From an uncultured Candidatus Saccharibacteria bacterium (GTDB taxonomy: Bacteria > Patescibacteriota > Saccharimonadia > Saccharimonadales > JAGQNJ01): a DNA stretch of 64,000 nt. The translations under genes were made by a program, and so were the position numbers. Location of the stretch: positions 194,748 to 258,747 of the forward strand of contig CAZPAW010000002.1 in assembly GCA_964584895.1 (NCBI GenBank), written 5' to 3'. Position 1 is the first letter of the stretch; the number at the start of each line of letters is the position of its first letter. A model generated the notes under the pieces. It was not told the DNA's origin, searched no databases, and worked only from the letters and a program-made list of their open reading frames with translations. Shown here one piece after another: positions 28,719-37,843 of this stretch.

Positions 28719-30730
28719 TGGATCATTCCATGCACGAAGGTCATCATGAATCTCATGACCACGATAAGCACGCGGGTCATAATCCAGACATGTTCAAGAA
28801 AAAATTTTGGCTAAGCTTTGTTTTAACTATCCCTGTCCTTATTTTCTCTGAAACAATTCAGGAACTCTTTAACTACACAGCACCTACATTTCCAGGAAGC
28901 GAATGGGTTCCAGCTATTTTGGGCACAATCATCTTTTTCTACGGTGGACTCGTATTCCTAAAGAGCGCAAAAGCTGAGCTATCTGCTAGACAGCCCGGCA
29001 TGATGACCCTAATTTCGCTAGCCATTACTGTTGCATTCGGCTATAGCATTGCGGTGTCGTTTGGGCTACAAGGCATGGATTTCTGGTGGGAACTTGCAAC
29101 GTTAGTAACCATCATGCTCTTGGGGCACTGGTTAGAGATGGCTTCCGTGCAAAGTGCACAAGGTGCATTAAAAGAACTCGCAAAACTATTGCCTGATGAA
29201 GCTGAACTAGTGACAAAAAACGGTACTAAAATAGTTACGGTCACTAGCTTGAAAGTCGGCGATCTTGTATTGGTTCGCCCTGGCTCGACCATCCCAACAG
29301 ACGGCGTTGTCATGAACGGTGAATCTAAAGTTAATGAATCAATGCTTACGGGTGAATCAAAACCAGTAAATAAGCTCGTTAAATCACTCGTTATTGGTGG
29401 TGCAATAAATGGAAGTGGTGCACTGACTATTAAAGTTACAAAGGTTGGAGAAGATACTGCTCTCGCAGGAATCATGAAATTGGTTGCAGATGCACAGAAT
29501 AGTAAATCAAAAACACAGATTGTCGCTGACCGAGCTGCCTTCTACTTAACCTTTGTAGCTTTAGGTGCGGCAGTACTCACCGCAATAGGCTGGACGTTCT
29601 TTAGCGACCAGTCTGCTTCATTTATTCTTGAACGTGTCGTAACGGTGCTAGTAATCGCATGTCCTCATGCACTCGGGCTTGCAGTACCACTTGTAACCGC
29701 AATCTCTACCACCCTCGCTGCTAAAAATGGACTACTCGTTCGCGAACGCATGGCTCTCGAATCAGCAAGAAACATTGACGTCGTATTATTCGATAAAACA
29801 GGAACCCTTACCAGGGGAGAGCAAGGCGTCGTCGATATAATCACTGATGATGCAAAAGTTAAGGATGTACTTGCTATAGCTGCTTCGGTTGAACTTGAAT
29901 CTGAGCACCCTATTGCTAGGGCTATAGTCACATTTGCAAAGAGCAAGAAGCTTCATACTGTAGTTGCGAAGAAGTTCTCAGCAATGTCTGGTCGTGGTGC
30001 AAAAGCTTTAATCGGCGCAGACACAGTCTACGTAGGCGGACCAAGACTCCTAGAAGAGTTATCGCTAAAGTTAACTCAAGAGTTAAAAAGTGCAACCACG
30101 AGCGCGAGTAATGATGGCAAGACAGTAGTTTATGTCATCAAGTCAAAAAAGGTTATAGGAGCAATTATGCTAGCCGATGTAATTCGACCAGAATCAAAAC
30201 AAGCTGTTCAAGCATTGCAAAAAGCTGGGAAGCGCGTAGCTATGCTAACTGGTGATGCTAAAGGAGTTGCGGCTTGGGTGTCGAAAGAACTCGGCATAAC
30301 CGAGTTCTTTGCTGAAGTGTTGCCTGAGCATAAAGCCGATGTTGTTAAAAAGCTTCAATCTGATGGGAGCAAAGTTGCTATGGTTGGTGATGGTGTAAAC
30401 GACGCTCCCGCACTTACCCAAGCTGACGTTGGTATAGCGATTGGAGCTGGTACAGACGTCGCCATTGAATCTGCTGGAATTGTACTGGCTAGCAGTGATC
30501 CACGTGGTGTTGCAAAGATCGTAATTCTTTCAAAAGCTACTTACAGAAAAATGATTCAGAATTTGGCTTGGGCAACAGGATACAACGCCATTGCAATACC
30601 TCTAGCTGCAGGCGTGACAGTTGGACTCGGTTTTGTATTGTCTCCAGCTATAGGTGCAGTGCTCATGTCGCTTTCTACTATCGTAGTAGCAGTTAATGCT
30701 CAATTCTTACGGAAGTTGGACTTAGGGTAA
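28718..30730 (+). CDS. copB: copper-translocating P1B-type ATPase (CopB-like)
   Basis: 670 aa. His-rich N-terminus MDHSMHEGHHESHDHDKHAGH, TGES, CPH in ACPHALGLAVP, DKTGTLT and GDGVNDAP. Confidence 0.93.
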   Translation: MDHSMHEGHHESHDHDKHAGHNPDMFKKKFWLSFVLTIPVLIFSETIQELFNYTAPTFPGSEWVPAILGTIIFFYGGLVFLKSAKAELSARQPGMMTLISLAITVAFGYSIAVSFGLQGMDFWWELATLVTIMLLGHWLEMASVQSAQGALKELAKLLPDEAELVTKNGTKIVTVTSLKVGDLVLVRPGSTIPTDGVVMNGESKVNESMLTGESKPVNKLVKSLVIGGAINGSGALTIKVTKVGEDTALAGIMKLVADAQNSKSKTQIVADRAAFYLTFVALGAAVLTAIGWTFFSDQSASFILERVVTVLVIACPHALGLAVPLVTAISTTLAAKNGLLVRERMALESARNIDVVLFDKTGTLTRGEQGVVDIITDDAKVKDVLAIAASVELESEHPIARAIVTFAKSKKLHTVVAKKFSAMSGRGAKALIGADTVYVGGPRLLEELSLKLTQELKSATTSASNDGKTVVYVIKSKKVIGAIMLADVIRPESKQAVQALQKAGKRVAMLTGDAKGVAAWVSKELGITEFFAEVLPEHKADVVKKLQSDGSKVAMVGDGVNDAPALTQADVGIAIGAGTDVAIESAGIVLASSDPRGVAKIVILSKATYRKMIQNLAWATGYNAIAIPLAAGVTVGLGFVLSPAIGAVLMSLSTIVVAVNAQFLRKLDLG

Positions 30731-30739
30731 AATATAAGT

Positions 30740-31099
30740 ATGAAGAAGCTATTTACCAGCATCATTACAGTCTTTACCATCCTACTGTTAAACACATTTG
30801 GTTCGGCTCTACATGCTTCAGCGATGCCAATGACCGCTCATAAATTGGGTAGCATGAATCATGAGACTAGCAGTTCAGCTTCCTGTGCAACACTATGCCG
30901 TACGGCTGTTATTAATAAAGATGAGTTTCTTAACTTAGAACTTGATGAAGAGAACGATGAGCCAACAATACCGTTTTACGCTCAGGGTGAAGTTTTTAAG
31001 TTCAGCGAGATTCATGTAAATCAGAGGATCTATGCTGATTCTGTTAAGCCACCACCAAAAATACCGATATATATTCTGTACGGTGTATTTAGAGTCTAG
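30740..31099 (+). CDS. secreted hypothetical protein
   Basis: 119 aa with an N-terminal signal-like helix. Lies in the copper module. Confidence 0.45.
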   Translation: MKKLFTSIITVFTILLLNTFGSALHASAMPMTAHKLGSMNHETSSSASCATLCRTAVINKDEFLNLELDEENDEPTIPFYAQGEVFKFSEIHVNQRIYADSVKPPPKIPIYILYGVFRV

Positions 31100-31148
31100 G
31101 ATTTGTTTGTTAGTTCAAGCAATACCTTTAATTTAACGTGGAGAATAT

Positions 31149-31835
31149 ATGAAGAAGAAAACCAATAAGAACAACATCGTTATAGTGGCAACTGTCGCAA
31201 TCGTGGCTATTGCAGGAGTCAGTGTCTACGCAATTAGTAACAATGACGATGGGATGATGGGTAAAAACAATATGATGGGTAAAAACTCGTCACAGCAAGT
31301 AAGTTCAAGCAGTCTAGTAGACAAGAACTCGGCTGATTACAAAATGTACAGCGAACTTACTGGTGACGACTATGACCGTATGTTTATCGCCAATATGATT
31401 GAGCACCACAAGGGTGCGGTTGATATGGCAAAGTTAGCAAAGACTAACGCAAAGCACCAAGAACTAAAAGACATGGCTGATGATATAATTTCAGCTCAAA
31501 CCAAAGAAATTACTGATATGGAAAGCTGGCAAACAGCTTGGAGTTACCCGTCAAGTAGTGGAGAAATGATGATGGATCACTCTGCAATGGGTATGATGGC
31601 CGATATGGGGCAAATGACAGAGGAGCTTAAAGCACTAAACGGTGATGCATTTGATAAGGCATTTCTGTCTTCGATGATAGAACATCACCAATCGGCAATA
31701 AATATGGCCTATCCTGGTCAGACAAACGCTAAGCATGATGAAGTAAAAACATTAACTAAAGCTATCGTAGCTGCTCAGAGCAGTGAAATCGCCCAGATGA
31801 AACAATGGCAAAAAGACTGGGGCTATACAAACTAG
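31149..31835 (+). CDS. DUF305 family protein (copper-resistance associated)
   Basis: 228 aa. Two repeats of the MIxHHxxAxxMA motif (MIEHHKGAVDMA, MIEHHQSAINMA). N-terminal TM anchor and a Met-rich linker. Confidence 0.8.
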   Translation: MKKKTNKNNIVIVATVAIVAIAGVSVYAISNNDDGMMGKNNMMGKNSSQQVSSSSLVDKNSADYKMYSELTGDDYDRMFIANMIEHHKGAVDMAKLAKTNAKHQELKDMADDIISAQTKEITDMESWQTAWSYPSSSGEMMMDHSAMGMMADMGQMTEELKALNGDAFDKAFLSSMIEHHQSAINMAYPGQTNAKHDEVKTLTKAIVAAQSSEIAQMKQWQKDWGYTN

Positions 31836-31900
31836 TACGCGGATACTAGAAGTGTATAAATCCTAGAAACATTAAATAGTAATAAACACTCGGAGAGTAT

Positions 31901-32524
31901 ATGAAAACCCCAGAGCTTAGAAGACCGAATAAAGCCGTAATAGGCATTACGGGCGTATTGATTGGTATGTTGTTAATATTGGGCATAAGATTTGTGTCGT
32001 ATCAACCGCCAAAAGATGTACATTATCATGCTAACTTTGCAGTCTATGTTGATGGTAAGCAAGAACAGTTTAGTAACCCGCTGCTTTATGAAGAAATTTC
32101 TGAATGTAGCATAAGTACTGAAGAGAAGCCTGGCGAACGCGCACATTTGCATGAAAATATAAAAGATGCAGTGCACGTCGAAGATAGTGCCGTCACATGG
32201 GGCAATTTTTTCCAGAACATAAATTGGAATGTCAGTGACAAGTATTTAGATACTTCTGACGTACTGTTAGTTAACACCGACACAAAAAAAGTGACCTATA
32301 TATTAAACGGTGAAGAGGTCAGCAATATAACTAACAAAGTAATTGGGGATAAAGACAGATTGCTAGTAAGTTACGGTACATCAACAAAAGACGAGCTAAG
32401 TAAACAGTTTGATACTGTTGCTAAGACTGCAGAAAAGTACAATATTACAAAAGACCCAGCATCATGCAGCGGTGGTCATAGCGAAGACAGCATAAAAGAT
32501 AGGCTGAAGCATTTGTTTAAATAA
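31901..32524 (+). CDS. membrane-anchored hypothetical protein, His-rich motifs
   Basis: 207 aa. One N-terminal TM helix, plus VHYHANF and HLHENIKDAVHVED. Last gene of the copper module. Confidence 0.45.
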   Translation: MKTPELRRPNKAVIGITGVLIGMLLILGIRFVSYQPPKDVHYHANFAVYVDGKQEQFSNPLLYEEISECSISTEEKPGERAHLHENIKDAVHVEDSAVTWGNFFQNINWNVSDKYLDTSDVLLVNTDTKKVTYILNGEEVSNITNKVIGDKDRLLVSYGTSTKDELSKQFDTVAKTAEKYNITKDPASCSGGHSEDSIKDRLKHLFK

Positions 32525-32554
32525 TATATAGATTTAAAGAAGTAATCCAAGAGT

Positions 32555-33838
32555 CTAACCATAGAACTCAAGTTCGCCATCCTTTATTTGAAGCATAGGA
32601 CCCATATTTGATGCTAAGAATGTTCTCTCACTATCCGTACCATCAGCAAGTACGTATCGAGCATACTCAATGAATGGATTATCTAGTTTTTGATCGATTT
32701 TGTAGTGAGTAAGTATCGTTTTAGTTGTATAGAAGTGTTTGTCGACCCTTGCTCTAAGTTTTTCCGTTATTTTTATGTCCTCGTGTTGTTTCTCAATAAA
32801 ACCCTGCATCAATTCACAAAGTCTTTCTTCATTCACATATTTCTCGGCACAGCTTGGGTCTTTACGCCTTGTGCAGTTGTAGTAGACGAATCTTTTTACG
32901 TCACCATTTTTTAGCGTCTTGAATTTGTCTTGTGCTGTGATATCTGCAGTACACCGTCCACACTTCAATAGTCCTCGGAAGGCGAATGTCTTTGATCCCC
33001 ACACACCCTTATTAACGCCTCTTGTTTCTTGCACGAGATCGAACAATTCTTTAGATATGAGTGGTTTATGAGCACCTGTATACCATGGTGCATCAGGAGC
33101 TTCGGGATATTGAAATTTACCGTAGTAAAAGGACGTGCTGAGAATCACCAGTATTTGGCTCACACTAATTGGTTTGCCAGAACGGTTAGTGAAGCCTTGC
33201 TCATCAAGCCATGCTTTTATCCTGCGACCACTCCAACGTTCATACCCAGCTTTTTGAAAGGCTTCGATAATTAGTTCTGATCTATCAGGATCAAGGATAA
33301 TGTCGTTAACACCTGCAAATGCTCGATTCATGTATCCAAGTGGCGCAACGCCTGGTCGCCAGCCCATCTCGCATTTATTTCTGATACCTCGTTTGACGTT
33401 GATACTTTTGTTATCGTTCTCAAGTTTGGCTTGCGAACACAAAATCATGAGCAAGAACTTTTCGTTCGGATTATTCGTGAATGTCTGCGAGTAAGTACGG
33501 ATATGTAGCAGCTTACCCTGATCCATTAGGTCGACAACTGACCCTAGATCACCAGCATTTCTACTTAGTCGATCTGGTGCCCACGTAAGTACTGCATTGT
33601 ATTCTTCGTTCGCCAAGCCTTTTAGAAGCTTGTTATATACGGGTCGTTTGCCTGAGTCTTTGGCTGAGTGACTCTCTTGAAGTTCACAAACAATATGTAA
33701 TCCTTCATTTTCAGCCAATGCTCGCATCTCGTTAAGTTGCGAATCAATCGACATTGCCTGACGCTCATCACTCTCGGAAGATTTGCGAGCATACAGGCAA
33801 TATTTTAGTGTCGATTGATTGTCCAGCATGGCAAGCAC
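32555..33838 (-). CDS. large serine recombinase (paralogue of 15133..16431)
   Basis: 427 aa. Long runs identical to the element A enzyme (NAVLTWAPDRLSRNAGDLG, NNPNEKFLLMILCSQAKLENDNKSINVKRGIR). Probable start MLDNQ at 33829. Confidence 0.9.
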   Translation of the reverse strand: MLAMLDNQSTLKYCLYARKSSESDERQAMSIDSQLNEMRALAENEGLHIVCELQESHSAKDSGKRPVYNKLLKGLANEEYNAVLTWAPDRLSRNAGDLGSVVDLMDQGKLLHIRTYSQTFTNNPNEKFLLMILCSQAKLENDNKSINVKRGIRNKCEMGWRPGVAPLGYMNRAFAGVNDIILDPDRSELIIEAFQKAGYERWSGRRIKAWLDEQGFTNRSGKPISVSQILVILSTSFYYGKFQYPEAPDAPWYTGAHKPLISKELFDLVQETRGVNKGVWGSKTFAFRGLLKCGRCTADITAQDKFKTLKNGDVKRFVYYNCTRRKDPSCAEKYVNEERLCELMQGFIEKQHEDIKITEKLRARVDKHFYTTKTILTHYKIDQKLDNPFIEYARYVLADGTDSERTFLASNMGPMLQIKDGELEFYG

Positions 33839-33894
33839 AACAGTACCGCTGGGTCTTGAGTAAGTCCAGCCTGTAATTGGGGTATAATCAGGGT

Positions 33895-34719
33895 ATGTCT
33901 AGTGCCCAACCACGCCTCATTCAAACATATCTGCCCGATGGAACTCTTGAGGGCACACGCATTATTGAACTTAGTGACAGCAACATCAAAGCATATGTCA
34001 TCCCACGTCTCCAATTAAACTCGGTTAAAGGCCGAGAGGATTTATTGCACCCGTCACTATACTTTTTAGTTAGCAGTAGTGAGTCACTAGGGTATATAGG
34101 TGAAAGTGAAAACTTTTTTCATAGAATAAAAAATCATGATCAAAACAAACAGTTTTGGGACGTTGCAATTGCGATTGTTTCGACAACTAATTCGCTTGAA
34201 AAAAGTGACGTGAAGTACCTAGAATCTCTTGCCGTAGAGCGAGCACAAGCTGGAAGTATGAAGATAGAAAATAAAACTGTGCCAGCAAAAAATAACATTC
34301 ACGAATTCAAATTACACACCATGCAGAAAATACTTGATGACACACAGCTCATTCTGACTTCACTTGGATATGACATTCTTTCCAGCCCTCAAAAACAAGA
34401 GCAGACATGGTATTGCACCGCAAAAAAGACCAACGCTAAAGCACAATTTAGAGGTGTTCAGTTTGTACTTCTTGCAGGATCAATAATCGATAAGAGCTAT
34501 GCACCAAGCTGGGGTCAGAAATGGCATAAGTCACTTGTTGAACGTGAAGATATTTTTGCAAAATCGGGACGCGATTTAGGCGATACAGTAGAGCTTGTAG
34601 AAAATGTTGCGTTCAAGAGCCCCAACCATGCAGGTGGTTTTGCAACTGGACATAATATAAATGCTTGGGTTACATGGAAAGATGAAGAGGGTCGAACCAT
34701 GGACGAGGTAATGCGCTAG
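33895..34719 (+). CDS. GIY-YIG nuclease-like protein with DUF4357-like C-terminus
   Basis: LYFLV...LGYIGESENFFHRIKNH (GIY-YIG-like) and a C-terminal FKSPNHAGGFATGHNINAWVTWKDEEGRTMDEV. ATG at 33895 is preceded by TATAAT plus 6 nt. Confidence 0.6.
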   Translation: MSSAQPRLIQTYLPDGTLEGTRIIELSDSNIKAYVIPRLQLNSVKGREDLLHPSLYFLVSSSESLGYIGESENFFHRIKNHDQNKQFWDVAIAIVSTTNSLEKSDVKYLESLAVERAQAGSMKIENKTVPAKNNIHEFKLHTMQKILDDTQLILTSLGYDILSSPQKQEQTWYCTAKKTNAKAQFRGVQFVLLAGSIIDKSYAPSWGQKWHKSLVEREDIFAKSGRDLGDTVELVENVAFKSPNHAGGFATGHNINAWVTWKDEEGRTMDEVMR

Positions 34720-35396
34720 TTATTGATATCTAGTACAAGTGGCACATGATCACTGTGCATTAACCAGTCTTCATGTGCTCCAATCTCAAGCTTTGCGTTC
34801 TGTATTAATGTCTCGGATCCAAACACATAATCGATGTGATATCCACGCTCGGGCTGACGATACCAAAATAGCGTCGATACAGATTCCAGTCCGTGTTCTT
34901 CACCCTTAGTTTTGTGCCACACGCTGTGTTTATCGAGTTTTCTAAGCACTTCGATATACGTAGCCCATTGCCATTCTTTTTTGGTTTTGTGATCCCAACG
35001 AACGTTATTATTCATGTCGCCAATAAATAGGCCAGTATCCTTACGTAGCAGGGAGTCATAGTGAACTAGTGCATTTAGCAGTCCTTCAACATATGTCTGT
35101 CCAGCGTCTTTGTGTGCCCACATTGCAAGTACATCTACGGTGTCAGATTCAATTGGGATAGCCCAATGAATAGTATCGTTATAATTATCGGCTACGCGGA
35201 AGTTGTGATCACTGAAGCCTAGTGCTCCCAAACCTTTATGAGGATTATGACCAACCCAATGTTTGAAAACGGCTTGTGAATTTTCTATATCAGCTTTTGA
35301 ACATTCTTGAAGAATCAATAAATCAGGCTTGTGCTTGAGGATTGCATCGCTTTTGTTTCGGAACGCCATGTTGCAGTTCCATGAAATAATACGCAC
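34716..35396 (-). CDS. endonuclease/exonuclease/phosphatase (EEP) family protein
   Basis: 226 aa. MRIISWNCN at the N-terminus and a C-terminal SDHVPLVLDI, typical EEP termini. Confidence 0.75.
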   Translation of the reverse strand: MRIISWNCNMAFRNKSDAILKHKPDLLILQECSKADIENSQAVFKHWVGHNPHKGLGALGFSDHNFRVADNYNDTIHWAIPIESDTVDVLAMWAHKDAGQTYVEGLLNALVHYDSLLRKDTGLFIGDMNNNVRWDHKTKKEWQWATYIEVLRKLDKHSVWHKTKGEEHGLESVSTLFWYRQPERGYHIDYVFGSETLIQNAKLEIGAHEDWLMHSDHVPLVLDINN

Positions 35397-35440
35397 TTTT
35401 GGTCTGACAGCCTTTCCCCAGAGACTGTCATAAAAAAAGT

Positions 35441-35536
35441 GACAGCCACGCTGGACTGTCTAGGACCCAAATAAGCATTATTCATGCCTACTCTTTTGTA
35501 CGTAGCTGCCACTTTCTTGGCATGAAACGTACGCAA
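35441..35536. other. conserved structured non-coding block (copy B)
   Basis: See 18259..18355. GACAGCCACGCTGGA at 35441-35455; hairpin GTACGT(35498-35503)/ACGTAC(35527-35532). Confidence 0.5.
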
Positions 35537-35607
35537 GATAAATCCTACGGTTAATACTTATTTAGATCCTAGACAAGTACCATTATACCGCTGTCAGATG
35601 ATGAAAC

Positions 35608-35931
35608 CTAGGACATGAGCCTACTAATATGTTCTGAAATTTGTTTTTTGATCCATTCGTAGGAATTTATATTTTTACCACCCACATGCCACTCACATAT
35701 TTGCTCATGCTCAAGTCCTGATGCACCGAGATAAGCCTTGCCGTCTTTGTAGTTATAAATGGTTGCGATGCCGTAGGGAGTTTTAATTATCCACTCAACA
35801 TCAATTTTGTAATCATCGCCGAGAGTTGACGGGTCTCCAAAGACAGCAATCAAATCTTTATAGTTCGTTAGCACATAACCCTTGAAGCTCGTGCCATTTC
35901 GCTGGTTCTGTAATTCCTTATACTTTTTCAT
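35608..35931 (-). CDS. hypothetical protein
   Basis: 107 aa from MKKYKELQ. AAAGGA Shine-Dalgarno lies 7 nt upstream. The track start at 35958 is judged less likely. Confidence 0.45.
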   Translation of the reverse strand: MKKYKELQNQRNGTSFKGYVLTNYKDLIAVFGDPSTLGDDYKIDVEWIIKTPYGIATIYNYKDGKAYLGASGLEHEQICEWHVGGKNINSYEWIKKQISEHISRLMS

Positions 35932-35988
35932 AATTGATCCTTTCTTTTCAGGGTACAAAGGTAACGCCGAAGTGTATTAATAGCTAGC

Positions 35989-37446
35989 TCATAACCACCG
36001 AATACTCGGCTCTCTATGAGCGGATAATTCAACCAACTTAGTTATCACTATTGTTATAGCGTCTACTAGGTCATCATGCTTTTCTTTACCGAACCCTGTA
36101 AGTTGCATAATCAGCTCATTGCAACCAGTTTTGGGGAACAATATTCTTTCTTCTTCAAACATGTAACTAATCAAAGTTAGCCGCCCTCGTTTGTCGAGTG
36201 ATCCTACGGGCACACCCTCTGCATCGATACCCTCGGACTGTAATTGTTGGACAGCTGAATACTGATAGCCGACATTCTCTATGAAAATCTTTAGATGTAA
36301 GCCCTTACTTCGCATCTTTGCGTACGCATGACGCGAAGTTTCCATAGTAACCATGTGCGACTGCCGTGCGTTAACAGGGTTTGGGTGTATATAGATTTTC
36401 ATATCATTGCCACGACCATGAACCTCAGCTGTGACCATAGCAGTACAATCGGCAGATCTTCGCTCAGATATTGCAAGGTCAACACCCATAGCAACTCTTA
36501 GTGGCTTGGTGCTTGGTAACTCATCATAGTAATGAATCATTGCTGGGGTAATTACTTGTCCGTGTTCAGGCACAATCCTGAGCATGAATTCACGTTCAAA
36601 CGCCAGCTCATCGCCAATACTCCGTTTTACCTTGGCTATGTCTTTGTCGGTGGGATATTTCCCGACCCATAATGATTTGCCGTTACGAACCAGCGGGTAT
36701 GATTTGAACATGCCATCAATTTCACCTCGTTCTATGCGTTCTTTGAGCCTCATAAGTAGCGAATCACTATGAAGCAAGTTACCTATGACAATTTTCTGTG
36801 TGTACAAATCTCCTCCAGGCAAAACTTCGCTTGCAAGCCAGTTGAAAACTTTATTACGCCCCTCAATTGTTTTTACAGAATCAAGATCCTCGACATCGTC
36901 CACGATCAGTAAATCTGGTCGGCGTGAACCGTGTCGAAGACCTCTAATACTTTGCTCAGTTGAAGCTGCAATTACTTGTACATTAAACTCTGGAACAAAT
37001 AATGCTGATCGCCCCCATGTGTCACTATTTTCTTCAAGAGCACCAAAGTCAGCCCGAAGTAACTCATTACCCTCAATTTCACGCTTCAAACTAGCAAGGT
37101 GAGCTTTTGCCTGTGGTTGGGTACGACTAATGATGAGAATGAATCGCTTTTCAGGTACACCAATAATTGCCCACAGTGGGTAAAAGGTGGTTACGATAGA
37201 AGACTTACCTGAACCTCGAAAGGCAACAAACGCTAACAAACCTTGCTGGTTATCCTGTAACATTTGGTACATTTCCTTTTGAAAGTCAGCCGTGGGATGC
37301 GTAATGTATTGGCTAAAGTAGATGTGGGCAAACCAGTAGAAGCTTTGTCTGGCGAGCATAAGCCGCGTCGCCCGATCTAAACGAATATGCCTCCAAAGCT
37401 CAGCACTAACATCATCTGGGCTATCAGGAATCTTTAGCGATCTCAT
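35989..37446 (-). CDS. terL: phage terminase large subunit-like protein (paralogue of 18428..19882)
   Basis: 485 aa. AFRGSGKSS, DLLIVDDVED, MGVDLAISE and KHDDLVDAIT. Confidence 0.85.
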   Translation of the reverse strand: MRSLKIPDSPDDVSAELWRHIRLDRATRLMLARQSFYWFAHIYFSQYITHPTADFQKEMYQMLQDNQQGLLAFVAFRGSGKSSIVTTFYPLWAIIGVPEKRFILIISRTQPQAKAHLASLKREIEGNELLRADFGALEENSDTWGRSALFVPEFNVQVIAASTEQSIRGLRHGSRRPDLLIVDDVEDLDSVKTIEGRNKVFNWLASEVLPGGDLYTQKIVIGNLLHSDSLLMRLKERIERGEIDGMFKSYPLVRNGKSLWVGKYPTDKDIAKVKRSIGDELAFEREFMLRIVPEHGQVITPAMIHYYDELPSTKPLRVAMGVDLAISERRSADCTAMVTAEVHGRGNDMKIYIHPNPVNARQSHMVTMETSRHAYAKMRSKGLHLKIFIENVGYQYSAVQQLQSEGIDAEGVPVGSLDKRGRLTLISYMFEEERILFPKTGCNELIMQLTGFGKEKHDDLVDAITIVITKLVELSAHREPSIRWL

Positions 37447-37843
37447 CCTGAGCCTCGTTCGAAATTAGCCCCGCAAAATTAAGTGACTTTTGTACAAGCA
37501 ACATTTGCTCAGGCGTTAATTCCTGTTGTACGGCTTGAATACGAGCATCGATCTCTAGCTTGTTGCGGTATTTGCCGTGGTGGTGCTTCAGCCAAAAAGT
37601 AATTGCGGTTATGTTCTGATTTTTAATAGCATTGATCAATTGAGACTCAGCAAGGTCGTTAATCCGCCCGATACTTAGTTCGATTGTTTCATCGCACAAT
37701 TCAGCAAATGCTTCATCATCTTTACGCCACCTATAGTATGTGGACCGAGGCAAGCCCATTTGTTTGCAAGCTGCCTCCACAATTGGGGTCTTTGCAAGCC
37801 GTGCCAAAAGTAGTTTTTTATCCGCATCTTGGTTTCTACTCAT
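37424..37843 (-). CDS. HTH protein, small-terminase-like (paralogue of 19869..20315)
   Basis: 139 aa. ACKQMGLPRSTYYRWRK. Same overlap pattern with its neighbouring genes. Confidence 0.55.
   Translation of the reverse strand: MSRNQDADKKLLLARLAKTPIVEAACKQMGLPRSTYYRWRKDDEAFAELCDETIELSIGRINDLAESQLINAIKNQNITAITFWLKHHHGKYRNKLEIDARIQAVQQELTPEQMLLVQKSLNFAGLISNEAQDEIAKDS

Noticed and set aside
29041-29946. Antisense ORFs inside copB (29041..29475, 29665..29946), with similar cases in terL, hsdR, the ParB-methylase genes, the recombinase genes, and 51762..52121 and 52587..53063
   Set aside because: They are fully nested in genes that have clear family motifs. No independent signals support them.
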